Shown piece after piece: positions 13,831 to 26,610 of a stretch of 64,000 nucleotides of DNA. The notes beneath the pieces are model-generated. The model was given only the letters and a program-made list of their open reading frames with translations. It had not been told where the DNA came from and searched no databases. Position 1 is the stretch's first letter. The number at the start of each line of letters is the position of its first letter. This DNA is from the human T2T-CHM13v2.0 reference genome, Homo sapiens, in assembly GCF_009914755.1 (NCBI RefSeq), contig NC_060929.1, one strand, 5' to 3'. The translations under genes and the position numbers were made by a program.

Positions 13831-14479
13831 TTAATAATAGAGGGAAATGAAAATTTCTTGATTTTCCATTTCAAAGTAAAAGACAATTTCAGTGACGTAA
13901 AAAATAAATGGGTGTTAGCATAGTTTGAGTAATTTAGGTTTATTTCTTTAAAATATATGCAAAATATGACACATCAGTTAGAAAAAGAAAAAAAAAGTGA
14001 CCTGTGTGTGTAGGCTTGTGTATGTATGTGAATACACATATATTTACATATACATTGTATGTGTACAACTCTCCCCTTGTTTTTTTTCAGATTTTACATT
14101 ATAGTTAGTTTTAACTAAATGCCAGCTTTTTTCCCAATTACCAAGCCACTGAATTACATAAAAAGTATAAAATGGAGCATAGCTATAGTGCGTCCGGAAT
14201 ATACATGAGCCAAAGAACCTTGCAGTTCCGAGTGAGAAGAGAATTACAGTGCTAGTCTCAAAAGACCCTTGAACACACATCACTCATTTTGAAATATAGC
14301 ACTTGAAGAAAGCAAAATAAGACTTTGAAAGGTTTATTGGAAGATATTGCCAGTATCTTGTGGAATAAAATCTACCATGTTTCCAAATATTTATAATAAC
14401 TGACATACAAAATGAATACAACTATCTAAATCCAAATAACTTTTGATTTAAAAGGAAAACATAAAGAGGTGCATGAGGG

Positions 14480-14670
14480 AATCACAGAATGTCAAATCTG
14501 GAATGTCCTAAAGATCATCTAGTTTTAATCTTACATTTTATAAATATGACAAGCTGGAAACCATGATGCAAAATGACTCACCTGAAGTTCTGCAGCTCAT
14601 TGAGGGAAAATTCAAGACCAGATTGCCTGACTCACAGTCTTTGGTTTTGTTGTTAAGCTACACTGCTAAA
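14480..14670 (-). mobile_element. MIR/MIR3 SINE fragment
   Basis: aatcacagaatgtca...aagatcatctagt...cattttataaatatga...tgactcacctgaag...cctgactcacagtc. Confidence 0.6.
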
Positions 14671-14761
14671 GCAACCACAGATGAGCTCAGTACTCCTTGG
14701 ATTTTCCTCCCTGTGGGTCTGGAGAAACAATGATTTGGCTTGTGCTGTCAAATAATAGATA

Positions 14762-14900
14762 CAGCCTTTGAGTCAAGTAAACTACTTTTCTCACAGTTTA
14801 TTAACTATGTAACTTTGGACACATTAGTTAAGCTCTCTGAGCCTCACTTTCCTCATGTTTTAAATATTTAAATAATATCTCCATAAAAATATTGTGAAAC
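14762..14900 (+). mobile_element. MIR SINE fragment
   Basis: MIR core: tattaactatgtaactttggac...ctctctgagcctcactttcctcat. Confidence 0.75.
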
Positions 14901-15267
14901 CTTTATGTTTTGGAGATTACATGTATGAAGAGAACCTCATATATACCAGGTTTAAAGCAGATTGGCCAATTTCCAGTCTTACCAGACAATCTTGCACAGA
15001 ACTAAAACTGATCAACCTGTCAGCTTAAGAATACTAATAAGCTAATTGCCTTCAGCATTCTTTTTTAGATGGCCCTTAAATTTTGTCTAGGATACAAGAA
15101 ACTGATTCTTAATTCTCCATTTACTGTATTTAGTCGCCTCTTTTATTTTATTTAAGACAATCTGACTTTTTATTACAATGGGAAGGGAGATAACATAGAC
15201 ATTCTTTCAACCATGTTTTGTCTAAATTTCCAGAGTGTGCATTTCATCTTTTCACTCTAGAAGATAA

Positions 15268-15636
<369 letters not shown>

Positions 15637-16139
15637 TAGCTTAATTTCTATTTGCTTCAAGACGGTTTATCTACAATGTATGTTTCACTGTCGTTATTTA
15701 AAACTACACATAAATTAATAGTAATATTCTACTTATAGAGGCGATTAATCATTATTAATATCTGGGGAGACTTATTTATACTATTTCTTGAGATTAAACT
15801 ATTTTAAGATCTCATTTTGATCAGTAAAAGTTTATTATATAGCTTAGGTAGTATCTCTCAGGCTCCAACCACCACCTCAGGGTTGTATATCCCATTAGAA
15901 TCAAGGAAATGGAACACAACCTCAGAGAGACCTTAAAAGTACAATGCTGAAAGCAAAAGGCATTTTCAACAGTCCAATAAATCATAATGAGGTTCCATCA
16001 TCAGGGTTTTCAAAAACCACCAGAATAACCCCTTAGCACCAAGAGTACCCTTTTAGCATAGAAAGGGAAGTACTTAATGGGATGAAAAAAGCTGTGGGTT
16101 CCATTGTGAATAGATCATTCTAGGAAGTGCTTAGATGGG

Positions 16140-16272
16140 AAATACTGAGTAGAAGCTACCAGGAAACAGATTTCAGCCTGTAAAATGAAGAACACTTAAA
16201 TATTCAGAACTTTTTAACGCTGCCAAGGAAATGGTGAATTCTTTGGCACGCAGCTCTTCATGAAAAGATTGG
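16140..16272 (+). mobile_element. CR1/L3 LINE 3' fragment
   Basis: gaagctaccaggaaacagatttcagc...gaagaac...gctgccaaggaaatggtgaattc resembles the L3 3' end. Confidence 0.55.
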
Positions 16273-17369
16273 TATATTTAAACCTGCTCCATCATTTCCC
16301 TAAAATATGAAAAATTTCCTTATTCAATTTATTTTAGGGAAAAATGACAAAATATAGTATTAAAAGTGATTCTTAGATTACAAGAACTTTGAAATCCTCT
16401 TTACTATGATATTAAAAGTAATTTGCAATGTTAAAATATAATACTGTTTAACGTGTATTTCAAAAATCAGCTATTGATTTAGTACAAGAAAATAAATAGC
16501 TTTAAGTTTGACTGTGCAATGATCTTTAAAACCATGATTTTTGTAGACATTAACCTGATATTGTGTTAAAATTAAAATAACCATTACATTTTAAAATTAA
16601 ATCAATTAAAGCAATTATAATATTTTAACTAATTTCTTAGGTTTGTTAATTTCTTAGTTTTAGCTAATTAGATTAGCTTTAACTAATTTCTTAAATTAGT
16701 GGCAAGCCCAATAAATCCAATGCAAGTCTTTATGTTTATCTTTCTGTGTTGAGCACATATATGCATGCACGTGTATTTTGCAGTTGGATACTGAATAAAT
16801 ATAAGAAATGCTCCATAGATAATGACAGGATTTAGAGAAGGAAAATGTAATAAAACAGAATTGTGATGCATACTTATTTAATTAACTGTATTATTTCCAG
16901 AAAAATTCTGTCAATTAAAATAATGGTTTAAAATAGTAAAATAATAAAAACAATAATATTTAAATTGATATTTATTAAAATATTTGCATATATTGCTTAT
17001 AAAACATATTATTATTACATGAAGAGGAGTGAAGTCAGGAGTGGATTTTGAAAGGAAATTCAGGACACATAACTTCCCTGTAAGATAACATACTGAGAGC
17101 TTAGATCAAATTGTTGTAGTGCTTGAAATGTTTAAACCTGGATGATTAATATAAGTTCTCTGGGGTTCAGTGTCCTCATTTTTATAACAAGTATGTTCAA
17201 CCTTCAGATGAAATTTCAAGCTAACAAACAACAAACAAAAATAAACCAAAGCAAAACAACTGAAAATCTTACAATAAACAAAAAAGTCTACTATATTTAT
17301 TATACCAAATCAATATATACTATATGTGTCACAACAAAACAACAAAAAAGCTTCCTGTACTTATTATGT

Positions 17370-17500
17370 CAATTCAATTCATCCTATGTGTCTGGTGTCT
17401 TGGTGCTGAGGATACGGTGATTTTTTTAAAAGATAACAAAAATGAATGACAACAACAAAACAGCCAGCTTCCTGACCTCATAGAGCTTTCCTTCATTGGG
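17370..17500 (-). mobile_element. L2 3' fragment
   Basis: cctatgtgtctggtgtcttggtgctgaggatac...cctgacctcatagagctt. Confidence 0.55.
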
Positions 17501-17789
17501 TCCCCTGACTTAATTTTATACCAGCTTTTTCCAAAAGATAAATAACTGGATACCAATGTTTTAACTGATAATGCAATCTCTGGGCTTGAAAACCATTTTA
17601 GTTTGAAATGTGTGCATTAAAACAATTGTTTAACTTGACCTAAATATGTATTCAAATCATATGAATTCATGGCCTTTATGCTCACAAAAGATATTTTCAC
17701 ACCTGGTAATATATAGTTATTATATATTGTAGTAGAAAATTTTAAAAATATTCAACAATGAAGAAGACCTTCCTGGGTTAATGACTCTG

Positions 17790-18240
17790 CAATGTGACCT
17801 TGCTGATACAGCCATAATGGAGTGAATTCTATTTATTCACCTTCTTGTACCTGGGATGATCTTGATTTCTTCCTTTAGTGAACAGAATGTGACAGATGTG
17901 ATGTTGGGTTATTTCTGGAGTTTAGCACAAGAAGCCTTGGAGCTTCTCCTCTCTACATCTTAGAACCTCAAGGCTACCATGTTGGAATGGAGTTCAATCA
18001 GGCCTATGTGAGGTTGACAGGAAAATCAAAATTCCCCAGCTGAGAAGTTGTACTAATTTCTAGGCATATGGGCCATCCAGCCCAGGCCCCCTTCAGCTGA
18101 GTGGAGTCCCATGGTGAGCCCAGGCAAAACCAAAAGAGGAGTTACTCAACCAACCCACAGATTTGGTTGAAATAGTAAATTATCATTGATTTAAGGCACC
18201 AAAACTTTGAGTGGTTAGTTGTATCGCATTAGATGACTGA
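17790..18240 (+). mobile_element. MaLR LTR (MLT1H-like)
   Basis: aacagaatgtgacagatgtgatg...caacccacaga...aaattatcattgatttaaggcac...gagtggttagttgt. Confidence 0.7.
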
Positions 18241-18241
18241 T

Positions 18242-18283
18242 TTTCCTTATTTTACTAGATCATTTCCTTATTTTACTAGATCA
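18242..18283. repeat. Perfect 21-bp tandem duplication
   Basis: tttccttattttactagatca x2. Confidence 0.95.
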
Positions 18284-18999
18284 TATAATAGGGCACAAGA
18301 AGTTGTAGTCATTGAAAATAAATGCAGAATTTATTGATTTTTAGAATGACACCATAAACATATAACTCTACTGAGATGCACAATAGCAAAAGTGAAAAAG
18401 AGGCTATCCATCAGCAAAATGGAATGTGAACAGTTTTATGACTTGTTGAACGTATATATTTAGTTGGTATACTTGAATGAATAAAACATATAATGAAGTA
18501 TTCCATTATCTTACACAACTGTGCAGGATGTCTACAAAAAAAGTAAATTTGAAGAGTGAAGGCAATTATCCTTTTAAAACAGATAGTTCAAAACCTCCTT
18601 AATTAAGGAAAGAGAAGAGGTGTAGAATGAGTCAAGATTGCAATCACAGCATAATTAATCCTCTAATTCTTTGACAACTGGACTGTAATGACTTAGGTTA
18701 AAGCACAGAACTCCATACTAATACAATTTATAACCCCCCTTTTAGAAGATTTTAGGTCCTTAGATGATTGAATACAACAAATGTGGATTCCTATTTATTG
18801 TTTTCCATGCATTATAGAAAACTATTTATATTTAATCAATATTTTACAGGTACATTGACTCCTACAATTTACTTCTTTCTAAAGCAAGTGTTCAAGTGTT
18901 CTCTTCTCATGGATATTAACAGAACATGATAGAATGACTTTCACTTTCAATTTTCTAGACATTTTGAAGGCTGCTCTATGGAAGCATCCATTAGACTGA

Positions 19000-19116
19000 A
19001 TATTTCTAAGGTCCAGATGCAATCTCATTTATCACTGTGTTCCTTGGGGCCAACATTTTGCAGTTCTGTAGAAGAAGGTAGTTTTTCAATAAATGTTGTC
19101 CTGTTGAATGAATGAT
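19000..19116 (+). mobile_element. L2 3' terminus
   Basis: tttatcactgtgttcc...tcaataaatgttg...gttgaatgaatga. Confidence 0.65.
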
Positions 19117-20101
19117 TATAAGACTGTAGTAAATCTGAATCTTTATAATTCAGATTCTTAGTAGCTATATGATTCTGGACTAATGTGATCTGTCCTCTCC
19201 TATGTCTTTTCCATAGCATAACAAGAAAAATGTTGACTCCCACAGTTTGCCTAGGCAAAGTTGAATGTATTACATGACTGCCTTTGTATAAAAATCATTG
19301 AAGAAAAAATTATTTTCAAAGTACATGTGCTCATTATGTTTATCAAAATTCTGACATACAATTATATTATTAAAGGAGAATCAGTAGAAAAATGGTAGAA
19401 AATTGTGTGTAAAGTATAACACTTACATTGCAGTGGAAAAATCTTTGCAAAAAGTCTGGAACGGATTAAAGGGAAGCCAGATATTTTTCCACTACTGTGG
19501 CACTTTCCATGGCCATGCTCACTGTCTCAGGATTACTGAGCTCTTATTCCTCCTTTGCATGGTCCATGTACCTAACTCCTTTGTCTTCAGCATGAGAGAA
19601 CACAGGGGCATACTGAACAGAGAGAAAGAAGAACTTTACGGAACCCATTATCTTGCACTGTTCTTTGACTTTGAAATGATTTCTCCAATGGATAAGTTTT
19701 AAAATATTTTTTTCAGAGTGTATTGATTTTCAAAAGTACTTTGTGGTTTCCTTGTAGAAAATGCACTTAGTACTAATAGCATGCTTAAACTTTGCCTCTG
19801 ATGTTACAGAAACAGACCATTTTTTCCAGAAATAAAGACAGACATATTTTTATTTTAGAATAGGCTCTCTTTTTTTCCCCATGTGTTTATTTTTGGCTAG
19901 AGGCTTACCACCTTTTACATTTTATTATTTAAAATAAAGTAGCCTGTAAGCTAAAAAACTAAAAATAAATAAACAAAAAGAATAATAGTAGTAAAAATGA
20001 AAATTACTAAGTATAATTGATAATTGTAACAAAAAATATAAAAATTATCTTCAAATATTTGGACATAGGATAGTTGAAATATGCATTCAAAATGTCTTCA
20101 A

Positions 20102-20426
<325 letters not shown>

Positions 20427-20894
20427 TTATCAGTTTATTTTATTGCCAAATATCTAAAATATTTATGTTATTACATATTTTAGTAAAATAAAAATATACA
20501 GCAGCCAAATGTGATTGAGTCTGCTGTTATGTGATTAATTTTGTTTTTTGTTAGATATAACATTTTTATATAGGAAATTTCAGCATCGGGTATTGAAATA
20601 TATAAGGCAAAGCAAAGGCATTTTGAATTGCCATTTTCTGGATTAATGCTTTCTAAGATTCCTTAGTATCATGCTATACCTGATCACACAGCATGTACTC
20701 CTTAATCAACCTGATTGTGGAAGAAATACAGAAGTATAATTACGGTTGTTCCTTCTACTTCTTTTCCTGGGTAATTCATTCTTACAGTAATTACATGGAC
20801 TGAGCAAGGTAGGTTTACTTGTGGAGGGGAAGCCTGATAGGGGGAACCAAAGCTCAATCGAGGTAATAAAGCTGTCTGTACTGGGGACAACATG

Positions 20895-20982
20895 CTTACA
20901 CTGAAATATTTCAGAAAAAGAAAGTTCCTTGTACTGTACTTGGCAACTCTTCTATAAGTTTGAGATTGTTTCAAAATGAAGA
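20895..20982 (+). mobile_element. L1MC-like 3' terminal fragment
   Basis: agaaagttccttgtactgtacttggcaactcttctataagtttgagattgtttcaaaat. Confidence 0.5.
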
Positions 20983-22068
20983 AACAATATTGCAAAGAAA
21001 CTTGTGCTTTTTTAATAACAGTAAAATAAAAAACAATCAAATTTTAAAATTTCAAGTTATTACCTAGATTGTAGATTGGATACGCTCAATAAAACTTCTC
21101 ATCAAAGTGATTTTTTTCAAAATCTGTTACAAATTCTTGTTTAGATACTGTGAAGATGACAGAAATCACTATTGATTGTGGATTTTTCTGTATCCTTGTA
21201 CAGTAAGATTGGTAAACAGTTCAAATAAATACTGACCTACTGAACACCATAAACTATTAACTTTCAATATGTAAAACACAACTCAGAAGTCTAGTTAGGG
21301 CACAATCTTTTGGGAGAAAATTCTAATGATGACCTTTGGCTTAGAAGTTTATTTCTTTTAGATAGTCTTATTTTCTCTAACAGTCACTTTGTGTTTTGTA
21401 TGCAGAAATAAAACTGTTAGAATGATTAAAGACTTAAGAGATGGCTTAAAGTAGATCATTGTACTGTGAAATGATGGTCTTCAGTGAAATGAATTACAAA
21501 AATGAGTATTTAGCATGGATAATCTTCTCTTGACTTTGAAGTATTATAGGAACAAAAGCATCTTACTTCTATATCAGTATTTATTTGAGAAGAAGTTATC
21601 CTCACAAGTAAACTCGACTCTATAATCTTTCTAAAAATGAGGCAGTTTCATAGGAGTCTGACCACTTACTTATACTTTTGTTATGAACCTACTTATGGAT
21701 TTTATATTTTTTCAGAGTTAAAATGGTTTTATGTATATAGTAATTGGTAGGGAGCTTAATAACTTATTTTTCGAAAGTGCTTTTAGCTTTATTATTTGCT
21801 CGAAGAAATTAACCTGAGAGTAAAAAGAGATGAATTATAAAATTTGTGCTAAAGCATGTAATCAACACTATGGATTTAAATAGCATTCATATATGTAAGT
21901 GAAGTGAATGGGAAGTTTTAAGCTGTTTGTTTCCATTTTCTGTAATTCCCTGCTTAGTAAGGTAAGTTAGTGTTTTGTTTGTTTTAGTAAATATTCAATG
22001 CCTTTTCTCCACATTTACATGGGAGAGTATATGTTTCTATCCTAACGATGCTGGGCTTGGCTACACAA

Positions 22069-22170
22069 TCCCTCCGTCCCTCCCTCCCCTCTCCCCCTCC
22101 CTCCCTCCCTCCCTCCCTTCCTTCCTTCCTTCCTTCCTTCCTTCCTTCCTTCCTTCCTTCCTTCCCTTCT
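22069..22170. repeat. Compound (CCCT)n-(CCTT)n microsatellite at the Alu tail position
   Basis: ~100 bp almost pure pyrimidine tract directly abutting the minus-strand Alu. Confidence 0.95.
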
Positions 22171-22456
22171 GTTAGGAAACTGGGATCTTGCCTTATCACC
22201 CAGGCTGTTAGTGCAGTGGCACCATCACAGCTCACTGCAGCCTAGATCTTCCAGACTCAATTAATCCTCCCTCCTCAGCCTCCCAAGTAGCCACGACTAC
22301 AGGCATGAACCACCATGCCTGGCTAATTTTTTGTATTTGTAGAGATGAGCTCTCACTATGTTACCCAGGGGGGCCTGGAACTCCTGGGCTCAAGCAGTCT
22401 TCCTGTGTTGGCCTCGTAAAATTTGGGATTACAGGCGTGAGCCACTGTGCCCATCC
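22171..22456 (-). mobile_element. AluJ-like element
   Basis: cacagctcactgcagcc...gaactcctgggctcaagcagtc...gattacaggcgtgagccactgtgccc. Confidence 0.93.
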
Positions 22457-22763
22457 ACAACTTTCTTTCGTTAGTAGGATGTTAGTGGATGTGATGCAAG
22501 TAATGGTGTGAAAAATGTTTGTAAGATTGGGCTTGCTCTCTTGTGCTTCTACCTTCTGCCATAAGAACATGTCTTGGACCGCTTATAGCCCAAGGAAGAT
22601 GAGAAGCTTGTAAAGCATGTCTCAACTTGACCTGAGGCTTAGACCTAAGATCAACAAACCCAGCCTACATTAGCTGAACCCCAGCCAGTTGGCATATGTG
22701 GGAGCTAGAAATAAATGTGTGTTGTTTTAAACCAGTGAGATTTTGCAATTGCTTATGACACAG

Positions 22764-23265
22764 TGTGGTAGGCAGCATATGGCCCACCAAAGAGGTTCAT
22801 TTCCATATCCCTGGAACCTGTGAATGTTACATGACATAGCAAATGGGAATTAAGGCTTGTAGATGGAATTAAGATTACTAATCATTTAACCTTAAAATAG
22901 GGAGATTAATCTGGATTTTCCAGCTGGGCCCAATATAATCACAAGGGCACTTAAAGAAAAAAAAAAAAGATTTGATTATCGAGAACCATCGAGATGGCAG
23001 CTTGAGAAAGAGTCAGCCTGCTGTTGCTGGATTTTAATGTGTAGAAAGGCAGTCATGAGCCAAGGAGGGTGGGCAGTCTCTGGGAGAAGGAAACGGATTA
23101 TCCTCAGGAGCTTCCAGAAGGAATTGAGCCCTAATAACACCTGATTTTAGCCCAGTGATACTTATTTTAAACTTCTGACCTTTAGAGTTACAAGACAATA
23201 CATTTGTGTTGTTTTAAGACATTCAGTTAACAGTAATTTGTTATAGCAAAAGTATGAAATGTTAT
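22764..23265 (+). mobile_element. MaLR LTR (MLT1D-like)
   Basis: tgtggtaggcag...ccctggaacctgtgaatgttac...ccttaaaatagggagatt...gggcccaatataatcacaaggg...tgattttagcccagtga. Confidence 0.85.
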
Positions 23266-23279
23266 AAAATGCACAGAAA

Positions 23280-24240
23280 TAGTTAGTACCACAAAATTAG
23301 CACTGATGTGATACCACAAAAGTATTTGGGGATGGGTGGTCAGTGAGAAAATAGTTACAGGAACCTGGAAAATTTTTAAGGAAACTGTTATAGGTGCTGG
23401 AAAGATGGTAAACTGTATGTAATGGTGTACATTCCATCGCTTTCGTGATAGAAAGACAGAAAATATACCTAATGAATTTTAGAGCAATATGAAGATATTT
23501 CAAGTCAAAATGTTGAAAGTATGAGCTGGTTATTGTTAATTATGGTATTACAAAAAAGAGACAAAATCAGAAAAAGAAAGGTCACTTTGCAAACAGAATT
23601 AAGAAGGAATGGCCGGGTGTGGTAGCTCACGCCTGTAATCCCAGCACTTCGGGAGGCCGAGGCAGGCGGATCACGAGGTCAAGAGATCGAGACCATCCTG
23701 GCTAACATGGTGAAACCCTGTCTCTACTAAAAAATGCAAAAATTAGCTGGGCATGGTGGCGTACACCTGTAGTCCCAGGTACTTGGGAGGCTGAGGCAGG
23801 AGAAACGCTTCAGCCTGGGAGGCGGAGGTTGCAGTCAGCGGAGATCACACCACTGCATTTCAGCCTGGAAACAGAGCAAGACTCCATCTAAAAACAAACA
23901 AACAAACAAACAAACAAAAAAGAAGGAATATAGGCAGCCCCAAATTTCCAACTTGCATGATTAGAACATATGAGCTATTTCTTACAAAATCAAGGATGTA
24001 CTGCACTCCACCCATTAGAACAGAGTCCTAGAAAAAAAGACCAAGTCCAGGATGCTACCAGTAAGACCTTAGGGTAAATACCAAATCAAGGCTGTGGTTG
24101 TAGCAGGTTTGCTAAGATTGCTAAAAATATTTAGGTCATATCTAGTTAATTTTTTAAGCTAGGCCAAAAGGCTAAAATGGTTAAGGTTATGGCCCCAGAG
24201 AAGGCTGATGTGGTCAAAGTACCTGTAAATAAGTCAAAAG
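23280..24240 (+). mobile_element. MLT1 internal (MLT1-int) remnant
   Basis: gaaagacagaaaatatacctaatgaa...gatatttcaagtcaaaatgttgaaag...gctggtt resembles MaLR internal sequence; 3' boundary uncertain. Confidence 0.55.
23611..23919 (+). mobile_element. AluSc-like element with (CAAA)n tail
   Basis: ggatcacgaggtcaagagatcgagacc; TSD aagaaggaat at 23601-23610 and 23920-23929. Confidence 0.97.
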
Positions 24241-24251
24241 AGGTAGGTATA

Positions 24252-24658
24252 TATAAAGATTAATTTTATGTGTCAACTTGGGTGAACCATGGGATCAAAA
24301 TATTTAGTCAATTATCATTCTGAATGTTTCTGTGAGGGTTTTTTTTTAAAAATGAGAGTAACATTTATGCCTGTGGACTTCGAGTAAAACAAATTACACT
24401 CCATAACATGAGTGGGTCTCATCAGATCATTTGAGGGCATCATAGAACAAAGACTGACCTCCTCTGAGCAAGAAAGAATTCTGCTGGCCGACCGCCTGTG
24501 GACTTGAATTGTACTTCTTTCTTGGGTCTCCAGCTTGCTGTACTACTCTGCAGATTTTGGGCTTACCCAGCCTCCCCAATCATATGAACCAGTTTCTTAA
24601 AATAATTTTTCTCCCCGCCCCACCACGTTAATTCTGTTTCTCTGGAAAAGTCTAATAA
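24252..24658 (+). mobile_element. ERVL solo LTR (MLT2 family)
   Basis: ttaattttatgtgtcaacttg...gtgggtctcatc...gcagattttgggctt...ttctgtttctctggaaaa. Confidence 0.85.
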
Positions 24659-25184
24659 GCTACGTCTAGCAAAAGCTATGGATGTGGCTTTTGGCAAGTA
24701 GATTTTACTAAATCAAATAAATAAACCACAAAACTTGTGGGAGAACTCCAAATATCTATACTATAACCACTTACTTACAGGTTAAAAAGTTTTCCTTTGG
24801 AGAGAATAAATATAAAGATTCTGCTTTGAAAGACATCACGTATAGTTAGTAGTAAACATACCATGTCAAAAACATGGTGAAAGTTCATATGAGACCTCTT
24901 AGACCTATTCTATCAGCTTCCCAAGCCCTGGCATTTAGAATTATAAGCTTTCAAGAAGAATATTGGAAAAGTGTTTTTTGGGGAACCTGATCAGAGTAAA
25001 ATAAAGTATCTAATTCAAAACATGGTTTCCCCAAATTAAATGGAAGTCAGGTCATTCTAAAGTGAAGCTTATGGTGCTAAAGCACACACAAAGGCCCTAA
25101 ATTTTTCAATCAGTTTTATACTGGAATACTCTTAAATATCTCATAAGGGCCATCCATCCAATGATTGGAATTTGAGAGAAAAGC

Positions 25185-25529
25185 TTATCTTGTGAGAGGT
25201 AGAAACCAAGATAGCAAACAGAGAAAAGACAGTTTAAGAAACAAAGAATACGCAGAGAGAATAAAACTTCTTAAAGAACTATAATTATTATTTGAAAAGA
25301 CAAAGTAACTTATTCTAGCCATAAATGAAGAATAAGATGCTATATAAAATAAAGAACAAGAAGTGAACAAAAAATTGAACTGCAAAAAAAATGCAATAGT
25401 GAAAGGAAGAAAATTGAAACAGAAAAGTTTATTATAAATCTTGGACCATAGAACATAAGACCCAAGAATTAAAAAAAAAAAAATTGGAGAGAAAGGGCAA
25501 GACAATGAAAGGACTAGCCCAGTGCTCCA
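25185..25529 (+). mobile_element. HAL1/ancient L1 ORF1-like remnant, 5' part
   Basis: A-rich ORF1-like text that continues collinearly at 31130 after the L1MA insertion. Confidence 0.55.
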
Positions 25530-26182
25530 ATATCTAATTTAAAAAATTGTTGGTACATAATGCATGTATATATTTAGTGATTACATGAAATGTTTTGATA
25601 CAGGCATGCAATGCATAATAATCACATCTGGGTAAATGGAATATCCATCACCTCAAGCATTTATTCTTTGTGTTTAAAACAATTCAGTTATACTCTTTTA
25701 GTTATTTTAAAATAATTATTTTTACTAGAATCCTCCCACTGTGCTATCAAATAGTAGGTCTTATTTATTCTTTCTGACTATTGTTTGTACCCATTAACCA
25801 TTTCCACTCCCCTCTCCCAGACTTCACCCACTGACTACCCTTCCAGGGGCTGAACCATCCTTCTATTCTCTGTTGCTAAGAGTTCCAACCATTTTAATTT
25901 TTAGCTCCCACAGATAAGTGAGAACACGTGATGTTTGTCTTTCTGTGCTTGGCTTATTTCACTTAACATAATGACCTCTAGTTCCATCCATTTTGTTGTA
26001 AATGACAGGATCTCATTCTTTTTATGGCTGAATAGTACTCCATTGTGTATAAGTACCATATTTTCTTTATCCATTCATCCTTTGATGGATAGTTAGGTTG
26101 CTTCCAAATTTTGGCTTCTGTGTACAGTGATGCAACAAACACAGGAGTGTAGATATCTCTTTGGTATACTGACTTCTTTTCT

Positions 26183-26610
26183 ATTTTTTTTTATTTTTTT
26201 TAAATTATACTTTAAGTCTAGAGTACATGTGCACAATATGCAGGGTTGTTACATATGTATACATGTGCCATGTTGGTGTGCTGTACCCATTAACTCATTT
26301 ACATTAGGTATATCTCCTAATGCTACCCCTCCCCCCTGCCCCCACCCCACGACAGGCCCCAGTGCGTGATGTTCCCCACCCTGTGTCCAAGTATTCTTAT
26401 TGTTCAGTTCCCACCTGTGAGTGAGAACATGCGGTGTTTGGTTTTCTGTCCTTGTGATAGTTTGCTGAGAATGATGGTTTCTAGCTTCATCCATGTCCCT
26501 ACAAAGGACATGAACTCATCCTTTTTATGGCTGCATAGTATTCCATGGTGTATATGTGCCACATTTTCTTAACCCAGGCTATCACCGATGGACATTTGGG
26601 TTGGTTCCAA
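26183..26610 (-). mobile_element. 5'-truncated L1PA (PA4-6 class) 3' end
   Basis: ttatactttaagt...gtacatgtgcacaa...ccatgtccctacaaaggacatgaactcatcc; TSD actgacttc(t/c)tttct at 26168-26182 and 26611-26625. Confidence 0.95.

Larger units (their letters stand above)
21990..22763 (+). mobile_element. Old MaLR LTR (MLT1H/I/J class), interrupted by an Alu
   Basis: ctgggcttggc | ...gggcttgctctcttgtgcttct...ccataagaacatg...aataaatgtgtgttgttttaaaccagtgagatttt. Confidence 0.7.

Noticed and set aside
14070-14240. Plus-strand exon after a strong ttttttttcag acceptor at 14090
   Set aside because: Stops in all three frames within 30 nt, and no supporting partner exons.
21975-22245. PSFLPSFL / EGRKEGRK repeat proteins
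   Set aside because: Translations of the (CCTT)n microsatellite.
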